DNA of 62,769 nt, the filler included, from Porpidia crustulata (Eukaryota): NCBI GenBank assembly GCA_964255105.1. It is 12 parts of 12 records of this genome, joined end to end, with 100 filler letters (N's around TTAATTAATTAA, not from the genome) between each part and the next. Parts side by side here need not be neighbours in the genome. Positions count along the whole stretch, not along the records: positions 47,240 to 52,353 come from CAXUWE010001903.1; positions 52,454 to 57,565 come from CAXUWE010001904.1; positions 57,666 to 62,769 come from CAXUWE010001905.1; 9 more parts are not named here. One strand, written 5' to 3'. Below the pieces are notes generated by a model that ran no database searches, was not told the origin of the DNA, and saw nothing but the letters and a program-made list of their open reading frames with translations. The position numbers and the translations under genes were made by a program. Below, piece after piece: positions 52,278 to 62,769 of this stretch (positions within the stretch are counted from its first letter, which is position 1; every line of letters starts with the position of its first letter).

Positions 52278-52868
52278 GCGGGGTTGGGATGGAGAGGGTT
52301 TTGTTGGTTTGAGAGGGATCGAGCGTGTTCGCATGAAGATATCGTATGCCTGCNNNNNNNNNNNNNNNNNNNNNNNNNNNNNNNNNNNNNNNNNNNNTTA
52401 ATTAATTAANNNNNNNNNNNNNNNNNNNNNNNNNNNNNNNNNNNNNNNNNNNNATGCTTTGTTCTTCATGGTTGTTAAGGCGACGGCGTTAATAGCGTTC
52501 TCCGAAGTCAGTCAACCACATCTCTTGTGCTATTTAACAGTTGGACCGAGTTATTGTAATATTACTCCTTTTTCATATCAAATCGACTGAATTATGTTGA
52601 AAGATTTTCTCTTACGATTAGTCGAGGGTCTGTTGGTTCTTGATATAACCGAAGCTCAATCGCGTTGAAATAATTTTACAATAACGGTTTTGTAAAATTT
52701 GCTGACGGCGGAAAGATTGTAGTAATACTGACGGTCCCTAAATTGAATGCGCAATTTGCAATGGTAAATATGTGGTTTCGTCGAGTCTCTGATTCCAATC
52801 TCTATTCATCAGTGGCGATGATCATAAAGCATCATCGGCTTAAGAAAGCTGATGGTCTGGCCCTGATT

Positions 52869-55223
52869 TCACACGCATCGCTCGGCCCAACTTTCGATCA
52901 TACCTTCCATGGTGGCATCATACTCCTTGAGGGCAACAGTTCCATCCTCTCTCAAGAAGGTATTGGCTTGTACTAGAATTTGCCTTGGCCTCTTGTTTGC
53001 GATGACGATCTTCCGCCATTCAATGAAAATACCATCCACTTTCGTCAGTTCTTCGAAATATTCTCGGCACGCTACAATATCAGCAGTGCAGCGATAAATG
53101 TGCAAATATAAGAGGAGCTTGCCGATCGCAGGCTTCCCATGACTTTGGATTTTCGAACGATCAATATGCACAATGAGGTTGTTTGTAGAGGCGTCATGAG
53201 TGACTGTCAGAAAGGAATCACCAGCATCGAGCAAGACTCGCAACATTGCAAAATGGCCTCTTAAATGCGCTTGACCCCACTTCTGATCGTCTTCGATGTA
53301 GTTTTCCAATGCGTGTAGGCCAGCTGTGCCTACCTCCAGGTAGACAGCCCATGTGATGTCTGTTCCAATCATTATGCTCTCGTTGAAGCCAAACAGCTTT
53401 AGAAGCTCCTCGTCGTCCATGAGATACGCACCTACACACTCGGCACGGCACTCATCTAGACTAGTGGCTAGGTCCCCAAAAACACCAGTCCAGCTTTCTC
53501 CAGGCTTGTACCAGGTTGTTATTGGCTTTCCAGTGAGAGGGCTGGTCGGCGGGTTTGCTATGTCAAAGTTATAAGAGTTTGTCCCATACTGTGTCAGGAG
53601 TTTGGAAGTGCCATGGCTAAGGAGTTCGTGGAGTACCACCCATATATAGAAGGCATCGTATTCGGCAATAAGATAAGCTGATACTTGAGCAGGATCAATA
53701 AAGGCAGGGTCTTGACAATCTACCCTATACTCTGCTGCGATTTGATTTGATATCATGACATTCTTGAAGCCTACGTCTTGTCGAATATCATTGTAATTCG
53801 GCAAATTNNNNNNNNNNNNNNNNNNNNNNNNNNNNNNNNNNNNNNNNNNNNNNNNNNNNNNNNNNNNNNNNNNNNNNNNNNNNNNNNNNNNNNNNNNNNN
53901 NNNNNNNTCATGACATTCTTGAAGCCTACGTCTTGTCGAATATCATTGTAATTCGGCAAATTAATGCCTGGAAAGATGATGCTGGAGCAGTAAGCGAGGG
54001 TTTGAAGGCTAGTGAAATCTGGAGGTTCAAAAAGTTGCTTCTCAAACAGCCCTTTACCATTATTTTCGGTTGTGTTTTCTGCCCATGGAAGCTGGCGAAT
54101 ATATTTTGCGGATGATTCAACTATCTTAGTCAAAACTTTTGTCTCCTCAGCGTCCACGATGGCCACCAAGCCCTCGAACTCCGCCCTGGTCCCGTAGGGG
54201 TCTCGATACGGCTCAACAAATCCAAACGCATTTTCCACAGCGGGGCGAATGTCCTTGACCCACAATTGCTGCGATTCTCTGTAGGCTTCAAGGTCCCCAG
54301 TTTGAAAGCTTTCAATGTACTTTGAAATAATATTCTTCTGCACAAGAGTTGCTGCATATGGAATGGCTTGCTCCAAGCATGCACTAACTTGCTTGAGCTG
54401 TTCTGAATGATCTCCTCGTACAATTTGAATAACCAATGATGATTCGGGAGAGACAATCTGACGAGGGGCCTTACTATCATCTTGGTCCACAGAAGCCTGG
54501 AGGACATTATATTTCACGCTCCCATTGTCGATAACTTTTGAAATGCAAGTGTTCTCAGGAAAGAGTAGTTCCTTTTCTGAGTCTTCGAGACTGAATCAAT
54601 TTCTCCGCGAGTCATGTGTGCAGCCCCAGGGTAGTACATGCTTTGAGCCACATCGCTAGGGAAACCTAAACTGCTTGGGTGTCGTTCAAATATTAATTGC
54701 GAAATAGTGTCGTAAAGCTGGGCGGTTTGTGTAGATACTTTTGAAAGACGTTTGAGATCCTCTTTAGAGAGACATGGAATAAGTTTTTGATCTCCTCGCC
54801 CCTGGAACCAGTCAATGGGTCATCGTACCCAGCAAATCTCGTAACCCACATAGTAGTTTCCAATGTTTCCAAGGAAAGTGGCCGAGTAGTCCATGAATTC
54901 TGTGACGCTTATCGGAGAAACGGCAGTCCTAGAAGCTAAACCAACCCAATCTCCTTCACAGGCTTCATATATTGCGAGTATGAAGTCAAATATTGGCGTG
55001 GACTCATTAGAGACTTGACGCAAAATCACTCGTGCCCCATGCCAGGCAGCTCTAATTGAGACTTCAGCCGGTACGAGCTCCTTGAGCCTGATTTGTACGC
55101 ATACCTAGCCATATGATGAGCATAAAGCTTCTGTGAAGCATCCAATGACTCGAAGGCATGCTTGACAGACATCTGTCCGACAGTTGGATGCCTTGGCGCC
55201 AGAATTGGGTCGTCAGAAAACAT
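52869..55223 (-). pseudogene. DPP3: Dipeptidyl peptidase III (peptidase M49) gene with an apparent frameshift and altered motifs
   Basis: KLYAHHMARAAW, GFVEPYRDPYG.RAEFEG, GINLPNYNDIRQ..GFKNV, HELLSH and DECRAE. A 1-nt deletion lies near 54578. The family call is strong, but pseudogene versus sequencing error is unresolved. Confidence 0.7.
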
Positions 55224-55546
55224 CTTCGTTTTAAGAGGCGTAAGTAGGATTATACAATCTTGAAAATGCAATATCCAAATAATTGACTTATTTAAAACCC
55301 GCGAGGACGATCCAAAACTACAGCTTAAATGCTTTGCTACAGTTTCACCTCCAAGTTGTCATACCCTCATTTGCGAGGTCGTAATGCTACGTACAGTATC
55401 GCACTAGCGTATCAGCTATCTAGTATCGATGGATACGAGTAGGGTAATCGATAACGGTAGGTAATCTAATAAAAAGTGACACTCTGACACACAAGAATAT
55501 CCAGCACCATTATTCTAATCTATTACTCCATCTTCGCGGACCAGAA

Positions 55547-56845
55547 ATGGAGCAGGATGAAGTCTCCACTAGCGATGATGGCCTAGAAACCCAATCGATA
55601 CTCCTCGCGTCTTCTCAGCACGACCTTGCACTCCTCCGTACGCTTCTCCGTAAAGGCTCCGCCAATGTTCAGGACCTGGAAACTGGTTTCACTCCCCTTC
55701 ATGCTACAATCGCTGCTTGCGAATCCTCCTCCTCTTCTTACTTGAACGGAATTCAAACAAACGGTGCCAGCGTGAACGGGCATAGCAAAAACGGTCAGGA
55801 GGATGAGATAGGAGATGCCAATGATGCAGACGTAGAGGCAGCCGCCAAGACCATGAGACTTTTACTGCAAAATGGAGCCATCTGGAATGATTTAGATATG
55901 AAAGATGAAACACCGGGATGCATGGCTAACAGGCTGGGCCTCAAGCCACTTTATGAAATAATGGTGGATGCGGGAGTGCGGGCGGAAATGTTACTCAATC
56001 GACTTGATGAGTATGAGCAATTAAGGAACAGAGATGATGACAAAGACGCTGATGAAGACGAGGGTGATGTGGCGGGGTCAGAAGAACTTGCTAGAGACGA
56101 TAGAGGACCGACATCTGAAGCGCTCGAATTCGATCCAGCAAACGAAATTCAACCCAACGCCCCTTCCAATTCTTCCACCACCGAAACCACAAATCCAGAC
56201 TATATTCTCTCCTCCCTTACCTTCCAACCAACCCGCATCCTCGATTCCGCCCACAATGGCGTGATGATGTCCTGGGAAACGCCAATCATGGACCGCACCG
56301 CCGCCCTGCTCTGCCCCCACCCCGGCCTTCGCATTCTCAACATCGGCCACGGCATGGGCATCATCGACACCTTCTTCCAATCCAAGAACCCCTCAACGCA
56401 CCACATCATCGAAGCGCACCCTTCCGTCCTCGAGCACATGAAAGCATCCGGCTGGCACGAAAGACCAAACGTCGTCGTCCACGCAGGGACATGGCAATCC
56501 GTAATTCCCCAAATCATAGAGCAAGGACTCCTCTTCGACGCCATCTACTTCGACACCTTCGCCGAAGACTACAAAGCGCTGCGGGATTTCTTCAGCGACT
56601 CGCTGATCGGTATCCTCGACGACGGCGGCAAATGGGGGTTCTTCAACGGGTTGGGTGCCGATAGGCAGGTATGTTACGACGTATACTGCAAGCTGGTGGA
56701 GATGGACATGTTCGAGGCGGGGTTCGATACGACGTGGGAGACGTTGAAGGTGGGGAAGATGGAGGATGGGGAGTGGGAGGGTGTGAAGAGGAGGTATTGG
56801 GCGCTAGAAGAGTATAAGCTGCCTGTTTGCGAGTACGTGACGTGA
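55547..56845 (+). CDS. RMT2: Protein arginine N-methyltransferase 2 (ankyrin + type IV PRMT), single exon
   Basis: TGFTPLHA, LLQNGAIWN, GVRAEMLL, NGVMMSWE, ILNIGHGMGIID, FDAIYFDTFAEDY and FFNGLGADRQVCYDVY. Confidence 0.93.
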   Translation: MEQDEVSTSDDGLETQSILLASSQHDLALLRTLLRKGSANVQDLETGFTPLHATIAACESSSSSYLNGIQTNGASVNGHSKNGQEDEIGDANDADVEAAAKTMRLLLQNGAIWNDLDMKDETPGCMANRLGLKPLYEIMVDAGVRAEMLLNRLDEYEQLRNRDDDKDADEDEGDVAGSEELARDDRGPTSEALEFDPANEIQPNAPSNSSTTETTNPDYILSSLTFQPTRILDSAHNGVMMSWETPIMDRTAALLCPHPGLRILNIGHGMGIIDTFFQSKNPSTHHIIEAHPSVLEHMKASGWHERPNVVVHAGTWQSVIPQIIEQGLLFDAIYFDTFAEDYKALRDFFSDSLIGILDDGGKWGFFNGLGADRQVCYDVYCKLVEMDMFEAGFDTTWETLKVGKMEDGEWEGVKRRYWALEEYKLPVCEYVT

Positions 56846-59800
56846 GAGGGCTGGGCGATAGGATTACTATGATCGCTGCGCTAGCTCCTACAGAATCGAT
56901 GAACGGGAAATCCGGGATTTCCAGGCCTTGTCCACGAATACGCCTGACGGTACGCCTTGGCTGGGACTTCTCGAGGGATGACTAGTTCGAGCTCGGTGCA
57001 TAACGAGCAGCGTCAACGATAAGCCTGGTGGTCTTTGCAACAATGCTTCCTCCCCGCCAAACAACCCTCGATCTCCAACTGCCACAGAGGACTAATCGAA
57101 GACGTGAGCCGCGAAAAGCAACCGCTCTTGTTGACCTAAACCGACTTCGAAGATTTAATCAACCCTCCAAGCTTCGACGGGATCCACCTACTCCGAGCAT
57201 CACGCTCGCCGCGAGAAAACGGACTGGAGCAGATTGAGGGAAAAGTTACTCATCTTATGCTTCCCTGCTCCAGAAGGAACAGGAACTGATCTCACAATTC
57301 GGAAGATTAATACATACCTATCAATCATATCTCAGAGCCAGAGCGATCTTTAATAGCCCGAAATTCCGTACAGATATACCTAGCTAGACTAGATGATACA
57401 TGATACCAGATTTGCGAAAGACGCGATGATAGACGTGCGTAGATTGATGAATTGATGAAGTGTTAAAGGAAAAGGGGAAAAAACAAACAAAAAAAACCCG
57501 ACGGGAGAAGAACAGAAATAGAGACACAACCAAATACCCAACTCACACATCCCACCATCCCACCANNNNNNNNNNNNNNNNNNNNNNNNNNNNNNNNNNN
57601 NNNNNNNNNTTAATTAATTAANNNNNNNNNNNNNNNNNNNNNNNNNNNNNNNNNNNNNNNNNNNNGGAATGTATTCTATTGAGGACGTTTGGGGGTGGAG
57701 GGAAATAATCACTTCGTTTCTATTGCAAAAGTTTCTGGTGCCATTGAATGATGATGTTTTGATACTCGAGTTGCACGGTTTGTGTATTTGGTTATCGGTG
57801 GGAAGGATATATCGCGGAGGGAATGAAAGTGGTTGCAACCTTTGAGATACTGGATAGATATATTCCCTCTACTTCTACAACTGTTAGTCTGTTCTCGTCG
57901 AGTGGTGTTTGCTCCGTGTTCGGCATCGTCGCGACGCGAGTTTCTTGGACACTGGGGAGGGAATGAACGTCGAATCCTACCGCGGGAATGGAATAAAGCG
58001 GTCGTTCGTCTCAGACTTGTGGAGTTGATCGCGAAAGAAATACTATCTCGAGAAATGTTTATGAGCATCATGGCTACTGCCCTCCGGCTCGAAAATAATG
58101 AAAAGCGCACTGGTAGGGAAACGGGACGGATATCCAAAGTCCTCAAGTGAGTAAAGGTAAAGGATTGAGGCTCTATGCTATCTTCAGGGGAAGCTTTGGA
58201 TTTCTCGGAACCGTCTCAAAAGTATTGAATAGCTTGAAGCAGGCCTTCGAGCGTGTATCAGCCCAAGTTCGCACGATTCAGTGTTGTTCCTTTAATCGAA
58301 CAACTTCCTTTTCGATTCGCAAGATAGCCATGGAATAAACAGAGTCCTGAAGTTGGAAGACGCAAGGATCCCTGAATTGTATCACGCGGACTTAATCATC
58401 TATTTTATTGCGGATGCCTTCCAGTTTACACAAATGTCTTTTTCATGGATTCAAGACACCACGGGATACCATACTTAGTTATTTCGACAATTGGAAGGAT
58501 CAGAACTATGTGGGGAGAAGAGCAGCCTGGTACCAACGACTACCGAATTGAGATCCACGTAGGAATATCCTAGCAGTGGAATTGGAATGGACTTGACGAG
58601 ATTTAGACAGCATAGATTAGGCACTTGTCAATCCAGCCTCATTAAAGCGAATCCTTCGCAGCCTTGTTCCATTTCTGTCCACTTAAGTCCCTGAATACCG
58701 GGATGTAATATGTTGCCAGGCAGCCGGGCGTCCCTCACAAGGCGAACCGCTATCTCCGCCTTGTGTTCAGCATTGAAGGCTTTCATTGCTCGATTCAAGC
58801 GTCTGACAATCGAGCGGCTGAAGGTAGTTTCGAGCACTTCACAAGGCAAAACCAGGCGCTTATTGCTGCAGGGCTTGATTGACACCCCTAACTTTCAAGG
58901 GAGTTGAGCCGCGACTTGGCGCCGTTGAGAGCCTGATGGACTCGTTCCCAGACATGAGAAGGAGCCAGGGCGCAGAGGTCAGCCTGAGTCAGGTGGATAA
59001 TCCTCAGAAATGGAGAGCAAGGTTTTATATTTTTGAAACTCCGATGAAGGGTTTATGGGCATCGTGTCCCTGTCAGCAAAGTGCGGAACGGAAGCAGGAG
59101 TGATCCTCCTTGTGATTGGCGAATGTCCTTATTGGCACCGTGGAACTGCAGGATTCGGGCGTATCGGAACGAGTGAAGGTGCATCCGCCGATGGTCGGAG
59201 GTGACAAACCAAAGATTTCGCGCGATATTCCATCTCCATTTTGGCAGTGAAATCCAGAGAACATGATGGCTATTTAAGCTCTCTGACTGGTTACTCTAGA
59301 GTCGAGACTCGAGCGATCGTTGTGATAGCATTGTTATTTTGATCGAACGGGTTTGCTATGAGGCTGGGACTTAATCACCCACCTACTATGCTACCCTCAA
59401 TCCATCGCCTGCTTGTGATGAAGCCACAGCGCATAAAGCACGAAAATAACGAGGGATTGCTGTGTCGCTTTTGAGCCGTGAGGATGCGTTGAAATCTGTC
59501 AGATGATGTGATGATCTCCGACACGTGTAACTTGTTGGAGTCGCTGGCCCGTAGATCAGAAACATACCCAATCAATGCTTTCCACCATCGTCTCTATCTT
59601 CTCTGACTTTTGAGTGGCAACTCCAGTGCGACAACGACAAAGACTTTCTACCGTTCTACGCCTCGTGGTGTTCTGATGTTCTAGAGTTACCAGTAGAGCA
59701 ATTTATTCGGACATTATTCAGTCCACAGCGTACCTAGCAGTAGCAACTGACAATTACTCTTCGCCATATCCGGCCTCTCTTGCCTTGATGTCACAAGCCG

Positions 59801-60417
59801 GGCGGCGGGCAACTCGCTCGTTGGCTCGCCCCGGCATTAGCTTTGGAAGCTTAGAAGGCCTTGGCAGCTTTTTCAGTTAGTGCGCCTGTGGGATGATGGC
59901 TGGGGGAGGGTGGAAGTCGGGCGCTGTATGGCTAGATCGCGAGACTGTCATTCGGTCAGCATGAAAATCATGGAAGTCTGCGGCAACCAGTGTTTATAAT
60001 TAAGATAACACGTCCAATCATGAGCCTCTTCAGCTTAGTGAGACCGGCCACCAGGATGAAAAGGCGTTGGTGTGTGGATTATGGACGTGTGTGCTGTCTA
60101 ATCGCTGTGTCGGTCTAAATGCCCCTCAAAGGTCGAACAAAGCAAATATCATCGACGTCTTCGCTCTTCGGACATATAGCACTCCTCATCGGCGGATACC
60201 GCAATTTCTTCAAATGTGCTGCACTATGGGTTCCGTTTAATTCTATTTGGTCCGGACGAGCCATTTATGATCAGATCTACGACTCTTATTTGTACTACCG
60301 CTGTCCTTGCAGATTTCGTGTTCCTGATCCTTACTCTATGCTCTCTCACCGCTCAATAGCCCTCGCTGAGTCGTTGGAACCATCAAAGATAACCTAAGCT
60401 AGACATCACTTGCAGTG

Positions 60418-61802
60418 ATGCCATCAAGAGTATCTCAGCAATGGGATACACGCAGCGAGAATAGTTCAAATTCGGGTTACAGCGATGCCTCTGACCACTC
60501 ACGCCACTCCCACAGCACTGCAGCAACCGCGTATAGCAGAAGGCCTTCCGTCCACCAGGATCAACACGAGGACTTATCTCTTGCGGGGAAGAGATGGGAA
60601 GACACCTCGTTCAATAACTATGTCGACCCTCGCTCATCAGAATGCACATATGCTTCTACGGTTCCGTCAATAACGGATTTCGATGACGAGGTACCTCCAT
60701 TTGATCTTCCCGAACATGAATATGAGCATAGCGGTACAGCCATTCCCTCTACGCCCGAAGATTTCTCGGAGTATTTCCCCTCAACTCGAAGGTTATACAT
60801 AAGACATGATGATTCTACGTTGGATGGCAACATGAACCTGCGAGTGGATACGGAAATTCCGGCATCGGAAGGAAGAAAATTAGATCTTACTCTTTTTCAT
60901 CTTCGTATGCATGATTTGAAGAACAGGGAGTTCTCTCTTCGTCGCTACTGCCGAGATTCCGGCCGTGAAGTCTGCCACTCAAGTCGAAAATATACCAAGC
61001 CTGCCACCGAACGTAGACCTCTTTTACAACGATCGTTGAGTAATGCGTTGTCGAGCATTCGACCCAAAACTTCAGATGCCAGCACGTCGCTTACTCCTGG
61101 TCTCAAAAGACACGACTCAGGTTACGAGTCTATGTCGGACGACGAGGGTTCAGAATCGGCAGTGAGATCGATTAAAAATCGAAGTAGTATACCATTACCG
61201 ACCAACACCACGCAATTAGAGTTCTCGAATTATGCTCATATAGACGTTAAGCGCCGTGGGACAAAGTCGTCGAAACGGTACGAGTTTGAATACTGGGGGA
61301 AGACCTATACCTGGAAACGATTGTCAAGACGGGACGGCAATTCCAGGGAAATCTCGTACCATCTAATGACCTTTGAGACAAAGCATGCGGTTGCGCATAT
61401 TGTCCCAACTGTCTTGACGCCAACAGAAAATCAGATGGAGGATGCCAAGGGTGGCTGGGTGCGTCCTTGCTTATTGTGGATAGACGATGAAAATATTAGT
61501 CACCTCAACGATCTTGCCGAGTAAGTACCTTTGAAAGACCGAATTTGACCATTCCGACTAACCAATTCAGCGTTATTGTAGCAACGGGTTTAATTACCCT
61601 GGTGGATGATTCTATCAAAAGCCGATGGCATCAAAAGCATCATGTCCACATTACACTTCCTGCACTTGTCAAGTCACCGCTTGGAATGAAAAACCTGGAT
61701 TACGTTGGTCCTAAGCGTCTTATCGACGAGGTCTTTCATCGCCGGGGTAAAACAGCTACCCAGCATCCACAGCAGTCACGACAGATAACAACAGAGGGTT
61801 GA
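60418..61802 (+). CDS. Conserved fungal hypothetical protein (2 exons)
   Basis: A 368-aa exon (RRLYIRHDDSTLDGNMNLRVDT, LFHLRMHDLKNREFSLRRYCRDSGREVCHS), a GT-AG intron at about 61521-61570, and a final exon VIVATGLITLVDDSIK. Confidence 0.75.
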
Positions 61803-62769
61803 AGACCGCGACGATCCTCTCGGGTCCGCGAAACTCTCGAATCATTTAGCCCGTATTGTAATTCTATGTTTTCCTTAGCTTTTGATCATTTAGCAGGCAT
61901 TTATGTATGTACGAGATGTATGAAATACCACAGCGGCATTTGTCACCGCATTTGCCCACGCAAGCGACGGGGAACGAAGGGTTCTTGCATATCTGAACGT
62001 CTCATCTTTGGCGCTCTTGGGTGCCTGCAGACGATCTCCAATTGAAAATATGGCTCGGGACGGATCAAGGCGAAGAGTCCCATGACCTGTCCGCAACCGC
62101 AAGTTGTCGATTTCGGTTGCGACTGCACGGTGCATGTACGTATTCAGCTAGGGTTCAACGACTCAAGCCCAGTGTCTTGGGAATAGTTTAACATGCTTTC
62201 GTGATATCATTGCAACCCAACGGAGCCTGAAGAAACGGAGTGGTGGAGCGGACGAAACCCGACAGTCAGGTAAAGTGTTGAGTCTGACCACTCACGCGCA
62301 TAAGCTCCGTCGTTTCGTAAGCCTCGAGCATATCAAATGGCACTAGAAAGTAGCAACAAAGATTTGTTCTGCATGTCGGCCTTGCCAAATCCACTTCTTT
62401 CCCCATCACCTACCGCACAATTTCCTCTCCAGTCAATCTTCATCTTGTATTGCGCAGCTTCTTAGGCCATAGAACATCGCCGGCCAACTGGCGTGATCTC
62501 CTCGAAACGTTGGCCCTTTCAATCCTCATCGAACAGCTAGGCAACGAGCAAGGTACCGGGATCTTGTGGATCCAGCGCACATCAGTGACCCCATCCCCCC
62601 CTTTTTCGTTCCTTCCAGATTGGACAACATCGTGACTCCGTTTGCAAAACGAACCGAGCCTTACAAACGAAATTCTGCAGAGGCCAGTTTTTTTAGCTCC
62701 TCGCTTTCCTCCGCAAATCAGCCTCTATCGTGCACAATCTCGATCGGGCAATCCTCTATCGAACACCAC

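Noticed and set aside
38289..56845. Apparent cluster of Trp synthase, KEP, TF, peptidase (DPP III) and methyltransferase (RMT2)
   Set aside because: These genes lie on different contigs joined only by length sorting. Only the KEP and the TF are physically linked.

Overview
Intron-containing genomic DNA from a filamentous ascomycete (Pezizomycotina). It is not one locus. Twelve unrelated contigs of about 5.1 kb are joined by artificial 100-nt linkers (N44-TTAATTAATTAA-N44) in strictly decreasing length order (5166, 5164, 5163, 5154, 5153, 5148, 5144, 5128, 5119, 5114, 5112, 5104 nt), so adjacency across linkers carries no biological meaning. Most genes are recognisable housekeeping genes: XAP5, a HAD phosphatase, a TPR protein, mccA with ivdA, a BTB protein, an OYE-type oxidoreductase, DBR1, GAA1, RPN9, NDUFA9, BST1, PPIL2, STE50, tryptophan synthase, NSP1, a LAA2-like protein and RMT2. 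The standout is contig 9 (42021-47139). It encodes a secreted Kex2-processed repeat precursor (16-aa units NIVGGHPVVV(D/E)xxEKR, with no Tyr/Trp/Phe) divergently paired with a Zn2Cys6 transcription factor, with repeated CCGG elements in the shared promoter. This is a candidate undescribed fungal RiPP/KEP system. Also found: a HET-domain gene, two copies of an LTR-like terminus, a Fot1/Pogo-type transposon TIR, a frameshifted DPP III gene, a divergent Trp synthase alpha domain, a probable GC-AG intron and a degenerate gene relic. Exon boundaries were inferred by eye, and family calls rest on motif recognition rather than database searches.
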